This document shows, one piece after another, positions 12,736 to 25,699 of a stretch of 64,000 nucleotides of DNA. Every line of letters begins with the position of its first letter. The first letter of the stretch is position 1. The stretch covers positions 2,790,001 through 2,854,000 of the forward strand of contig NC_043010.1 of assembly GCF_006345805.1 (NCBI RefSeq), given 5' to 3'. The translations under genes and the position numbers were made by a program. The notes beneath the pieces were generated by a model that made no database searches, had not been told where the DNA came from, and saw nothing but the letters and a program-made list of their open reading frames with translations. Origin of the DNA: Octopus sinensis (lineage: Eukaryota).

Positions 12736-13650
12736 ATTCAAAACTAGTAATGCTACTCAGTATAGAAGTTACTCAATAATTACAGAGGAAGCAGACTGGA
12801 TTATGATAATCTACATGGAGCTTTAAACATAACAGTAGCAGTTGTACATTTATTTGTACACAATTTCTACTATTAATATTTCATAATCAATTTGTATTCC
12901 AAACACCAATTTAATAATGGCAGAGATATTTTACTAAATTCTTATTTTCAAAATTAACTGAACCAACAGAAATACGATACAAAAGTTATTTTTGGTTTTA
13001 CTCTATTTTCCTTTGAAGAGTTAGAACCCAAAACAGAATTTCCACTCATTACAGCAATCAAACTAATTAACATTCCGCAAACTCATTTTTCATTAATTAT
13101 AGCTGATCAAAACCCAGCAAGTTCTCCAGGTTTGGATGAAGAATTAGCTTTGTCATCTCAGAGAAAATAAGTTCAAAGTTACAGCAGGTATTTTGATCTA
13201 TCTCTAGCTCGAACTAATTTCGCTATTTGATATCAGTTTCCTTAACTATGAAGTATTGCAGGAAACGTTTGCTTGCAACAGCTAATAACCTATCTGGAAA
13301 ATGTGAAGATTCACATTTTTCAATTCGCATTATGATGGTAGCGATAACATGGAAAGCTTAATTCAATATTTAAATTACATAATTTATATCAGCTATCATC
13401 TACAATCAGGTGGAAATAAATCCATTATTTTCTAAATGAAGCATAGAGTTTACAAATTCAGTGCATAACCATGAGAAATAAAATTAACTCAGATACATTA
13501 TTAAAATTAGTTCCCTATAATGAAAATCAAATGTTTTATTTTTGTTTGTTTTTATGATATCACAAGCATCGGCCTTACTACACAGAGACATATACTGCAA
13601 AACCCTGTTAACATGACTAATAAAGTTTTTTTTGATATTTAAACATTATC

Positions 13651-13877
13651 ATTGCAGCATGGAAGGTGTTTGTAAGCCATTTAAGAAACACACAAAAGCC
13701 GTTCGATTCACTTCAACATTTAAGTTTAATTTGGCAAAAAGCGACGAAAATATTTTGACAAATTAAACTTAAATGTTTCTTAAATGGCTTACAAACACCT
13801 TCCACGCTGCAATTGTTTTCGTTCCAGCACACGATCTCAGATCAAATCACTTGCTATGCAAGTACATCTCCGTAATT
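13651..13877. mobile_element. Fold-back insertion with flanking direct repeats
   Basis: Outer ~39-bp and inner ~24-bp inverted arms (13651-13813). Flanked by AAACATTATCA (13641-13651) and AAACGTTATCA (13878-13888). Its 3' 70 bp match 8431-8501. Confidence 0.7.
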
Positions 13878-14161
13878 AAACGTTATCATATTTGCAGTAC
13901 TGTTCAAGACATGGAGGGAGGTGTTTAATAACTGGATTCTGTCTAGCCTTTTAAAACAAACCATTAATAATTGAACTGGTATTAGTATCTACTTTTGGTT
14001 AGATTAATGAGGCATACAGAATAAAGTACCATATTGTTGTTGCGTAACCTCATTTCAGTCCTGATTAAGTAAACTTAGGAAAGATATTTAATCCGAGATC
14101 ATCTTGCCTTTGAAGGAGTATGTATAATACAGTGTCTAATATGTCATTAACAGAGTGAGAT

Positions 14162-14345
14162 TTAAGCCTTTAGAATGCAATCTGGATATATCTAACCCAA
14201 ATAGTCTACCTGTTTTATGTTCAAATTGTCCAGATCAAACCTCTTGCACCTACCCTGCAATGTCATTTGAAAAATAAACAATCACATCATTGAAATCTCA
14301 AAGCTACAAGATAATGCATGTTTATGTTTAATTCAAAATTGTGTT
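14162..14345. mobile_element. Truncated copy of the piggyBac-like MITE in the putative protocadherin 3' UTR
   Basis: AAACAATCACATCATTGAAATCTCAAAGCTACAAGATAATGCAT matches the reverse complement of 29950-30010. Confidence 0.7.
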
Positions 14346-14770
14346 ATAATTAAACATTACAATAGAGTAATTGGTAGCTTTTTCTTTTAGTAGATCAAGC
14401 AACTAATCAAAGGCTCTTGCATTGGCTCACAGTTCAAGGGCACAGCACAACCCTTCCCGATTGGCTAAAAGATAAACAGAAACAAAACATAGACTTAAAC
14501 TCTTCCTCTTCAGACATATATGCTGATACCGACAGCAGCAGTCATAAACTTATGACTCATTGAAACTTGTATCATCGAATACTGCAGCAGTTCAGCCATT
14601 TTGTTTTAACTGTTTGAATTGTTGTTGAATAAATTTGAAGAGGAATTAAACTATAAAATATGACTTAAAACAGGAAAAAACCTGTCTTTGGTTAATTACA
14701 TTCCTGTTCTGACATCACCTTCTGACTTTTGGGTATCTTCTTTCAACTGAATTCACTATATTGCTAGCAT

Positions 14771-14859
14771 TCACACCAGATCTTGATTTGAGGGTAAGTT
14801 TCTTCCTTTTGCCACCAGTGTCAGAGGCTTTGTGACGGAGTCATTGACAATGTCTTTCA
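14771..14859 (-). CDS. Candidate short terminal coding exon of the protocadherin
   Basis: Pyrimidine tract TTTCGCTTCATCTTTTTCGTTACTTTTTATTTTT, then AAATAG|TGAAAG|ACA. Frames give either (M)KDIVNDSVTKPLTLVAKGRNLPSNQDLV* or TLSMTPSQSL*. Downstream DNA (to ~12750) is unusually free of microsatellites, as expected of a 3' UTR. No homology support. Confidence 0.4.
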
Positions 14860-15220
14860 CTATTTGAATAATTCATAAAAATAAAAAGTAACGAAAAAGA
14901 TGAAGCGAAAATCCCAATGTGTGTTAATTATTTGTTTTTTTTTGTTTTTTTTTCTGTACAATTATGTTAAGATTACTGCAGTAGTGCACTTCAGATAATA
15001 ACCATGGTTTTATTTTATTAGGCCATGACTACCTCATTTAAGCATATTTTGTGGGCAGTAATCTTTTTTTAGTAGTGTCTCAGGTTCTGAAAAATTTTCC
15101 AGGTTGTTGGGAATCAAAACCATATCAAAGTTATGGTAAAGGAAGAAAACCGACTTCTTCCACTATAAAAAAGAAAATAGATTTTTTTTTTTACATATGA
15201 AAATAAATAAAACTAAATAG

Positions 15221-15233
15221 AATTACTTACTTG
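15221..15233 (-). promoter_or_regulatory. 5' splice donor(s) ending the large protocadherin exon
   Basis: Minus strand CAA|GTAAGT (phase 0), with an overlapping second GT 4 nt further (GTAA|GTAATT, phase 1). The unspliced frame stops 6 codons after the first donor (TAG at 15213-15215). Confidence 0.75.
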
Positions 15234-17666
15234 TGTAGTATCATCAGCTGAAGATTTTAGCTGAATTGCCAAAGTAGAATCTCTCCAATTTTGTCCTGAT
15301 TTATATCCTGAATAGAACCCTCTTTTTAATACTGATGATGTATGGGGGTTTCTGCTGAGACTTGGATTAGTCTCCATAGCAACGGGGGCATCGTATTTGA
15401 GAGATATTTGTTCACAAATATCTTCTGAGTGTCTTCTCTCCCCGACTAAATCATTGTTTGCATCAATCCGGTAACCGTACTGAACCTCTCTTTGATTCTG
15501 TCTTTGAACAATGCAGACTATTATAGAGACTACAATAGCTGTAGATATTATCACAGCAGCTATTACGATTATTACTACTAAACTGATATGTATCATATCA
15601 TCTGACTCAGTGTGTTGAGCTGTGTAAAGCTGAGAAGTGCTGTTGCTGACCGTCAGAGTCAGAAATACTGTGGTGGTTGCTGACAATACTGGAGTCCCAC
15701 TGTCTCTGACCACAAACTGAAGGTCATATGACCCAGCATCATTTTGGTAAACTGGACGAGAGAAAGACAATACTCCAGTATAAGGATTAATAATGAATAA
15801 CTGTTTGTGGTTTCCTCCTATTATTTCATATCTGAGGAAAGCATTCACATGGCTGTCTCTGTCAGAAGCTCTTAATGTTGTGACGTCATTCTTACTCTGC
15901 GGATGGTAATGGACATCTATGTTAAAAGGGTTAACACTAGGAAATGTAAAATATGGTGCATTGTCATTTTTATCAATAACTTCAACAAGCACATTAGCAG
16001 TGCTGTTCAATGCTGGACTGCCATTGTCTGTAACTAAAATGTTGAACTCATAAATATCCTGCTGTTCATGGTCCAATGAATGAGTCGTTGAAATAAATCC
16101 AAAGTCAGAAATTTGAAAAGGAAGAATATCATTATGGTTGTGTAATAAAGAATAGGTCAGGTGACCTCCCTGTCCTAAATCAGGGTCAGTTGCATTAATA
16201 TAACCAACTGGAAAGTTTTCTTTCTCATTCTCATAGGTTAGAAATTTGAATGTATCTTTAGTAAATTGTGGCTGTACATCATTGACATCCATCACTTGGA
16301 TTGAGAACCTTCTCTCTGTATGAAGAGAAGGTGAGCCTTCATCTTTACAAATAATTGAAAAGTCTATATAGTCTTCAGTCTCTCTATCGACGGAATTCTT
16401 GACAATAACTTTATATTTCTTTCTGCCAAGTTCTTGGAGTTGTATTTTATCATTCTGAAGATCACAAGAAACTTCTCCATTCAATCCAGCATCATTATCA
16501 GTAACCTTTACATAGGCAATGAAGCTGCCAACTTTGACCCCTTCAGAAATCACAGCTGAATTATCTTTTGATTTGGAAACAAATTTTACATCAATCCTTG
16601 GTGCATTATTCTGCTGGTTAATAATGTTTACATAAACCATTGCTATTGAATTTAAAGATGGTTCACCCCCGTCTTTTGCTTCTACATATAATTTATATGT
16701 TTGTCTTCTCTTCAGTGGAATTTTCTTACTTAAAAAAAGCTCCCCAGTGACTTCATTGAGTTCAAAGTATGATTTTGCCAGATCTGTTGTTTCAGAATTC
16801 AAATAATATGAAACAGCACCGTTTTTATCTGTGTCTAAATCTTTGGCAGATAAAATAAGAATAGGAGATTCTATGTCATTTGCGTTTTCAACTGAGACAT
16901 TGTAAATATTCTGAGAAAAGATAGGTGCATTATCATTCACATCTGTAACCGATATCTGAACATTTAAAATACCTTCCCTAGGGGGAGTTCCACCATCTTT
17001 AGCAATGACTTGTATTGTATAAACATCTTTCGTTTCTCTGTCAAGTTTGCTTTTGAGAACGATATCAAGTTTCTCAGTGCCAACCATTCTTTTCAAAACT
17101 GATAGCTCAAAAGGAGCATTTTCATCTTTTTGAAGAACATAAGTAATCTGAGAATTTAAAATTCCTACATCTTTATCAACAGCACTGGGAATAGATTTTG
17201 TAGTTCCTTTCCCGTCTGTTTCGTCAAATTGGAGATTAATCATTTTATTTGGAAATATTGGCTCGTTATCATTAATATCTTCAACAATGATTTTGATTTC
17301 AATAATTTTCACAAATGATTCTTCATGTCGGACAGCAATTTCTATCATTCTAAAACATTCCCTTCTGTATTTACAAAGTGACTCTGAGTCCAAAGTTTTG
17401 CCGGTGTATAACTTCCCTATTTTGGAGACATTGAACAACTGAGCATTTCCAGTCAGACTTTCATGTAATTGACTAAAAGTAATAAGATTATGGCCTTGTG
17501 GTGGAAAACTGTCCACAAATTTGGTATTGGCAGCAATATCTCCGACATAGGTACCGGGATTTTGTTCTTCTTGTACATGATAGGTGAGAACAACACCGAG
17601 GCTTGTATTTAAAATATATATTAATATAAATACTTCTATTTCTAAAAGTTTCTTACTCAGAGTCAT
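15231..17666 (-). CDS. Protocadherin, large coding exon (signal peptide, EC1-EC6, TM, proximal cytoplasmic tail; 812 codons to the phase-0 donor)
   Basis: Open frame with six cadherin repeats (DINDNEP, DVNDNAP, NQQNNAP, DVNDVQP, DKNDNAP linkers; LDRE, VDRE and LDHE motifs; AKDGG). EC1 has the C-X5-C motif (CKYRREC) typical of protocadherins. Hydrophobic N-terminus MTLSKKLLEIEVFILIYILNTSLG and TM segment ISLVVIIVIAAVIISTAIVVSIIVCIV. The track start at 17687 is a TTG; the first in-frame ATG is at 17666. Confidence 0.95.
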
Positions 17667-17705
17667 TTCAAAATAATTTTCATCCAAATATTATTGAGAT
17701 TTTAT

Positions 17706-17740
17706 CTGAAAATACAAAAAGAAAAGAGAAAAAAAAAATC
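17706..17740 (-). promoter_or_regulatory. 3' splice acceptor upstream of the protocadherin coding exon (exon starts at 17705, 39 nt of 5' UTR)
   Basis: Minus strand reads TTTTTTTTTCTCTTTTCTTTTTGTATTTTCAG|ATAAAATC: a long polypyrimidine tract plus CAG. Confidence 0.8.
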
Positions 17741-18019
17741 TTTGAAAAACATCATGCAATGACTTTGAGATAATCTATTTCTTTGAATTCCTTCTGCTGC
17801 ACAATATACAATATTTATTGTGTTCTGTTAAAGACTGTGTAATACACTCTTTTCACTCTTTTCAATTAAAAGACAATGTGATTAAAAACAATGTGACAAA
17901 GAAGAAAAAACAAAAACAGTATAAAAGACATTGAGATACATTGTTGTCTGTTGTTAATAAGAATGTGATATACTGCTAGATGTAAATACAATGTGATATG
18001 CTGTTCTAAATCATTATTA

Positions 18020-18065
<46 letters not shown>

Positions 18066-18081
18066 GTTATTGTTATTATTA

Positions 18082-18138
<57 letters not shown>

Positions 18139-18160
18139 TATTATTGTTGTTATTATTGAA

Positions 18161-18391
18161 GGCGGCGAGCTGGCAGAAACGTTAGCACGCTGGGCGAAAT
18201 GCGTTGCCGTATTTCGTCTGCCATTACGTTCTGAGTTCAAATTCCGTCTAGGTTGACTTTGCCTTTCATCCCTTTCGGGGTCGATAAATTAAGTACCAGT
18301 TACGCACTGGGGTCGATGTAATTGACTTAATCCGTTTGTCTGTCCTTGTTTGTCCCCACTATGTTTAGCCCCTTGTGGGTAATAAGGAAAT
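18161..18391 (+). mobile_element. SINE family B, full length, inside a (TAT)n tract in the protocadherin 5' intron
   Basis: GGCGGCGAGCTGGCAGAAACGTTAGC head, GAGTTCAAATTCC B-box, tail GTTTAGCCCCTTGTGGGTAATAAGGAAAT. Confidence 0.92.
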
Positions 18392-18729
18392 ATATTATTA
18401 TTATTATTATTTTTATCATTATTAAATATAATACAATATAATGTAATACAATATAATACTCCAATATAATATGCTATTACTAGGTCCTGCCTGAGGAGTG
18501 TGGTCATGCAGGGGCAACCCATATGCAAATGCTAGCTTTTACTATGGCTCTGTGAATGAGTGTTTGATGCTATAGCCCTCAGTTGCTTTTCATACCATGA
18601 AGCTGGTTCATCTGGCATTTGGGGTAGAAGAGTAGAACATTCAGTTGTTTCTCGAATACATTTAGATTATAAATATGTACACACACACAGATAATCTGTG
18701 CGTGTGTGTATATATATATGTATATATAT

Positions 18730-18796
<67 letters not shown>

Positions 18797-18823
18797 ATGT
18801 ATATATTTGTATATATATATGTG

Positions 18824-18855
<32 letters not shown>

Positions 18856-19423
18856 TATACATATGTACGTATGTATGTATATACTTGAGGAAACTAAGGA
18901 CTAAATGTAATACTGTAAACTCCCTTTCACTTATATTTACATTATATATACATTATTATTTGTGTGTGTGTTTACATACATATATGTAAATGTCTTTGAG
19001 TGTGATGACTCAATTACACACACTAATGTTTTTATCACTGTCCCCTCTTTGATTTCTGGCCATGGCTCACCCCTTTTATCAAATACTTCCCATCCTCTAT
19101 TCTTTCTATTCCTTCCCCCTTCCCTTTTCTTTCCTTCTCTTCCCTTTACTCCTTCTTTTCCAACTCATCACTTCTCTTCCTCTTTTCTCCCCTCCCCTTC
19201 CTATGCCTCTATAGTTCTTTCAGTGTTCTGCTTGGTTATTACCGGAACAAAATGACTGACGAGAGAGTAGCATTAATTCTGCAGGTCATTCAATTTTTCC
19301 CAACCAATCAATGGGCCGATTGAGCAAACCGATCAATAACGAACCCATAATGACTACTGGAAACGGCCATAAGTCAAATTTACTACAATAAAGAAATATG
19401 TAATGATCATTATTTATGCCTTG

Positions 19424-19439
<16 letters not shown>

Positions 19440-19510
<71 letters not shown>

Positions 19511-19527
19511 CATATATACATATATTG

Positions 19528-19600
<73 letters not shown>

Positions 19601-19617
19601 CATATATACATATATTG

Positions 19618-19681
<64 letters not shown>

Positions 19682-19710
19682 GGATGGATGGATAGATAGA
19701 TAGATAGACA
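19440..19710. repeat. (TAGA)n tetranucleotide tract with a duplicated interruption
   Basis: CATATATACATATATTGA interrupts the array twice, 100 bp apart. Confidence 0.9.
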
Positions 19711-21413
19711 GTTCGTAGTTTATGTGATTCTAGTATCATAGTTGTTATATAAAGCTTTTCTATAAAACAAAATATTGTTATTGTTGAAGTTGTGATGACA
19801 ATGTACTGAAGTCTGTTGACTGAGCAATACACAAGCTGATGAACCGACTCTGCTGGTCATTCATTTTTCCAGAAGTAGTAGCCAAATATCCCTCAAATTA
19901 CATTCCACCATTATAAGTCTGATCAGTCTGAACTGACATGGAGTTAAACAACTACACAACATCTACAACAGCTATGTGAATTTTCTTGCTTTTTTTTTCC
20001 TGTTATCGTGTATGCTTTATATGACATATGTATCTATAAAACTGTATATGATATTGCAATCTCCATTGAAGAGGACATGCCAAAGTGCTGTGTTAACGAC
20101 TATGTATATATTTCTATCTATAAAACCCTGTGATGTACTAATAAAGACCACAATAATATTCTTCATTCTATTACAGAAAAAAAAGAAGAAAATAACAATA
20201 ATAAAAATAAATAGTATAAAACTAATAAAGTGGCCCTGCTCAGTCAATAGCTACCTGTTAAATTAATTCCTTATCACAACTTGGCTTTGCATTTGACTGT
20301 TTGAAGCAGGAAACTGCTCTCGAGGCTGATTTCTAAACAGGAATATGTAAACAAGAGGTCAAAAGGGGGAAAAATGGCATGGCATGGCATAGCGTAGTGA
20401 AATGGTAGAGAATTTCCTATGTCACATTCTGGTGAGAAGAAGAAATAAAAAGAATCAACATTCTCCCAGACAAGTCTCTTTACAAAGTGGAAATTATGAG
20501 TTGCATCCATTTTTAATTGAAAGTAACATTTGTATATCTTTATCCAGTAATTATGGAGGATACGTGCTGCCTTTGAAAAGTGGGGAAAGGTTTTTATATA
20601 TTTCCTGTACTTAAAGATAAACAGGTACTTAAAGGGGGATATCTTTAAAGGGAAAAATGTTCATTTATCTAGCTGCAACTGTTTCGGCATTGATGTCTGT
20701 ATTTGCAAGTTACGGCTTACATTCAAAGGCACCGTTCAAAGAAATCAAACAGAAGCCAACATATATTTGTTGAAGATATCTTTCATTAAATGCCAAGCAA
20801 ATCAGTAACTCTTACAGAATTTTGCCACAACTGCTGCGGCCACAACTTGTTCTTTTCTTTATTTCTTTCTTTCTTTCTTTCTTTTCTTTCCTTTTCTTTC
20901 TTTCTTTTTTTGTTGTTGTTGTCGTTTCTGATTTCATCATAGAGAGTGGACGCCGTTTCCCCGTTTGAGAATCAAAAATGTATCAAAAGAAAAACGACAG
21001 CAAAATCGGAAGTATCACTTAATTAACCCTTAACCCTTTGAAATAACATATACAAATAAGTAAATGAATGAATAAAAACACCAGAAATACACAGTAAAAG
21101 ACAAGAAATAAATAAAAAAATTAGAAAGTAAACATGTTGGAGAGATATACGGACTTTTATTGATGTATTTAAAGTAAGATAAGTATGTATAGGTGCATGT
21201 ATGTAAATAGGTATGTAAATATGCATGTATGTAAGATAAGTATGAGGTATGTAAATATGTGTGTATATTTTTTATTTATGAAAGTAAATATATATAAAAC
21301 TATGTATAAATGTAAATGTGTATGTATATGTGTAAGTATGTTTATAAATATGCACTAATGTATGCTTGTAAATATATATGCAGGTTTCATGTGTGTGTGT
21401 GTGTGTGTGCGTG

Positions 21414-22420
21414 TATGAATACATGTATGTTTGCATGTAAATCTGTATGTGTGTGTATGAATACATGTATGTTTGCATGTAGATCTGTATGTGTGTGTAT
21501 GAATACATGTATGTTTGCATGTAGATCTGTATGTGTGTGTATGAATACATGTATGTTTGCATGTAGATCTGTATGTGTGTGTATGAATACATGTATGTTT
21601 GCATGTAAATCTGTATGTGTGTGTATGAATACATGTATGTTTGCATGTAGATCTGTATGTGTGTGTATGAATACATGTATGTTTGCATGTAGATCTGTAT
21701 GTGTGTGTATGAATACATGTATGTTTGCATGTAGATCTGTATGTGTGTGTATGAATACATGTATGTTTGCATGTAAATCTGTATGTGTGTGTATGAATAC
21801 ATGTATGTTTGCATGTAGATCTGTATGTGTGTGTATGAATACATGTATGTTTGCATGTAGATCTGTATGTGTGTGTATGAATACATGTATGTTTGCATGT
21901 AGATCTGTATGTGTGTGTATGAATACATGTATGTTTGCATGTAGATCTGTATGTGTGTGTATGAATACATGTATGTTTGCATGTAGATCTGTATGTGTGT
22001 GTATGAATACATGTATGTTTGCATGTAGATCTGTATGTGTGTGTATGAATACATGTATGTTTGCATGTAGATCTGTATGTGTGTGTATGAATACATGTAT
22101 GTTTGCATGTTGATCTGTATGTGTGTGTATGAATACATGTATGTTTGCATGTAAATCTGTATGTGTGTGTATGAATACATGTATGTTTGCATGTAGATCT
22201 GTATGTGTGTGTATGAATACATGTATGTTTGCATGTAGATCTGTATGTGTGTGTATGAATACATGTATGTTTGCATGTAGATCTGTATGTGTGTGTATGA
22301 ATACATGTATGTTTGCATGTAGATCTGTATGTGTGTGTATGAATACATGTATGTTTGCATGTAAATCTGTATGTGTGTGTATGAATACATGTATGTTTGC
22401 ATGTAAATCTGTATGTGTAT
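21414..22420. repeat. 42-bp minisatellite, ~24 near-identical copies
   Basis: Unit ATGAATACATGTATGTTTGCATGTAGATCTGTATGTGTGTGT with a G/A variant; explains the 376, 368 and 265-aa periodic ORFs. Confidence 0.97.
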
Positions 22421-22881
22421 GTATGCACGCAGGTCAGTAAGTATGAATATATATCATACATATATATGTATGTAGATGGCAGGTATTGCAGTTCTAATGA
22501 TGATGATGATGATGATGATGATGCTTAAAACGTAGTTGAAGGAAGTAAGCTAATATATGACTTACAGCTACTAAATGTAACATCAACAACAACAACAGTA
22601 ACAACAACTGCACAAACAAACAAGGGTTGCTGCTGTATTGCAAAGACTCGAGCAAGGAAGCAATTAAGCAAGCAAGCAAACAAGAGTGAACAAGAAGGTG
22701 AAAATGTAAGTGAAAAGCAAAATTTTGTTTTAAAATAAATGTAAATGAGTGAATAAATAAATAAAAAAAATATATATATATACAAATAATTAAGTAAATT
22801 AAAAATGATGAAATATTATTATTATTATTATTATTGTCATTGTTATTATTATTATTGTCGTTGTTGTTATTATTGTCGTTG

Positions 22882-22933
<52 letters not shown>

Positions 22934-24203
22934 GTTCTTGTTGTTGTTGTTGTCTTTTTCATTACTCATAGCTTTCTGACAAAGACAAGCAAATCTGCAC
23001 GATTTTTGAAATAAATTTCCCAGGAAGCTTTCTCCTTGCTTCAACAGAAGTAAATTTTATCTTCAAACTAAATTTAATTATCAAGCAATAAATTCAATTA
23101 TGTCGTTAATTATGAGAGCAAAATTTAATTTTTGCAAAATATTTTATCTCAAATTTTTAAAATAAATAAAGAAACTTATAGCAACTTTGCCAGTTTATTG
23201 ATTTTCCAATAAATTTCGGTGAAAGAAAAGATAAGAAGCATTTTAACAGCACACAATGGAAAATTCAAATATTAATTGATAAATTAACCTAAATTATCTT
23301 TTGTTTACTTCTATTTACTTCTTTTTTGCTAAAAAAAAAACAAACATATATGTTGAAAATGTAGTTTGGTATCAGGAAACACATGCCATACATACATATA
23401 TATACATATACAAATACACATGTATGTACATAAACAGACATATCCTTACATATACATACATTTTATATATATGTATATATATATATACATATACATACAT
23501 ATATATATTTACATATGTGTATATATAACCACATAAACATACATGTGCTTACACATAGCTACAAATTTGTACATACATAACTACATACATGCACACACAT
23601 ATATATGCATACATATACATACACATTCCTACATACCTAACTACACACACACAAATACTTGCGCACACACATATGACCATACACAACCATACATGCTTGT
23701 ACACACATATAAAAATATGCATGCACATACACACACAGTCACATATCAGAACAAGCAGTGAATGCAGTGTTAGATGCAAGCATGCATGTATAGAAGAACT
23801 ATTTTAATTTGTTTATATTCGCAAATACACCTTTAGATTAGTAGAAAATAATGATCTATATGCACATTCCTTGAAGTGTGGGTTGCGGTAGGAAATGATG
23901 GCAATGGTGGTTGACAGAGGGATGGCAATGAAGTGTTGATATGGTAGTGTAGTGGGCTGGAGCGAGACTTAGTCAGAAGGTAATTGACTGCACTAATGGA
24001 CAAGACGGTCTGGTGGACAGTGTTGGTTGTATGAGAACGACAGGCAAGATTGTAGAGGATAGTAAATGGATGCATACAGTGTTCTTATATTTAAATGTAT
24101 ATAATTCCACATACATGCCCCATTATTTCGTACATAAATGGACAGTCACTCATGACACACATTTGTTTATTCACATATAGCACACACATATTGTATATAC
24201 ATA

Positions 24204-24243
<40 letters not shown>

Positions 24244-25699
24244 TGCATATATAGATACAACATGCACACATATGATGGAGTTTACCATTAACAACAGTAT
24301 GTGAACATCTAGCTATTCAATGAGGTCAATGGAACTCAAAATTTCATCACTCTTAACAGCAGAAAGCTGTTTTATATACCAAATTATCTTTTGTTGAGGA
24401 ATGTCATGTTTGAAACTATTTTCTGTTGCAGTATGTCAAGTTTATTTAGGCAACATGACTTGTAGAAAACACCAATTCTATTTTTCAGTAGAATATTTAA
24501 CATCATTACTGGAGGAACCATAAAATTTAACTTCATAGTTAAGGGGTTAAGATAGTTACAACTGTTTACTAGAGCCAGCAAACCATCAGAGAATCTTATG
24601 GGTTTCCAATTCATTGCAGTTCAAATCTGCTTCATATACTGGCCTCCACTGTATTACAGAAGCATTAAGTTCTTGAAAACCTTGTTGTAATGTATAATTC
24701 CATAACATGAAACCTATATTCACATCAACCTCTGAGCCTCATAACATGAAAGTCAATAATAAAAATAGGTTTCATATTACAAAATTCCATATTAAAGCAA
24801 GATTTTCAGGAATGCAATGCTTCCTCAAATCAGAGGGTGCTTGCATTTCTGTTTTCCAGGGAGTTTGCTCAAAATGTTACTATGTCTATCTGCTATCTCA
24901 TTGTTGTAGATTGTGTTTTCTTTTCCAGTAGACTGAGTGATGTTCTTGCACAACAGTTATGGACTTTTTGGTCCCTTAGTACTGGGTCTGCTCACTATTA
25001 AACCAAACCTTTCAAATTTCTAAATTATCCTAGATTTCTTCTGTAGGGTTAAGTAAAAAGAATCAGGTCACTGATATTTTGATGTTTCTATAGAGAAACA
25101 GTCATGAATTCTTGTGTTAAGGATTGTTGTTGTGGTTGTTGTTGTTGTTATTGAGCCCAACGCCTATCCTGGTTGAACTAATCTGTGACCAAAGGTGTTA
25201 AAGCCATAATGATTTATATTATCCAATGTACTTTTCTTTTATTTTAAGACAGTAGGGTGTGGTTTGAGGGAGATTTAACAGTTATTTCAAGTGGATCAAG
25301 TAGCCACATAGGGGTCCAGTCTTTGGCCTGAACACAAAAGATTAAAATGAAGCAGAGTAGAATGAAAAGAGGAGATAGAAGATTGATAAAAAAGGAGAGA
25401 GAGGGAGGATGTAGAATGAAAAACAGAGAGGGAGAAAGTGTAGAAACCTTTTGAACTACCACTACTAGACGAAATTCCCCTTGCTGTCTAGTTACAATAG
25501 CCTTGACTTTTTGGTTAAGCACACGATACAGTCTCACCTGATTGTGAGAGACTATTGTGATCTTTCACATGCCATATCCTCTCCATATGCCATCAGGAAA
25601 ATGCCTGATTTTATTCTACAAACATTTTTCTGGAGATAGTGCCTTTATTTACAAGGAATTTAGCACAAAGCCCAGTCTTTGGTTGATCACACAGTACTC

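Noticed and set aside
17667-17687. Track start of the 824-aa ORF (MDENYFE...)
   Set aside because: The first codon is TTG. The first ATG is at 17666 and directly precedes a signal peptide.
21272-22461. Long ORFs of 376, 368 and 265 aa
   Set aside because: Translations of the 42-bp minisatellite on both strands; no unique coding sequence.
24330-24960. Non-repetitive stretch with short ORFs, possibly a LINE remnant or exon
   Set aside because: No recognisable motif in the frames I read; needs a profile search.
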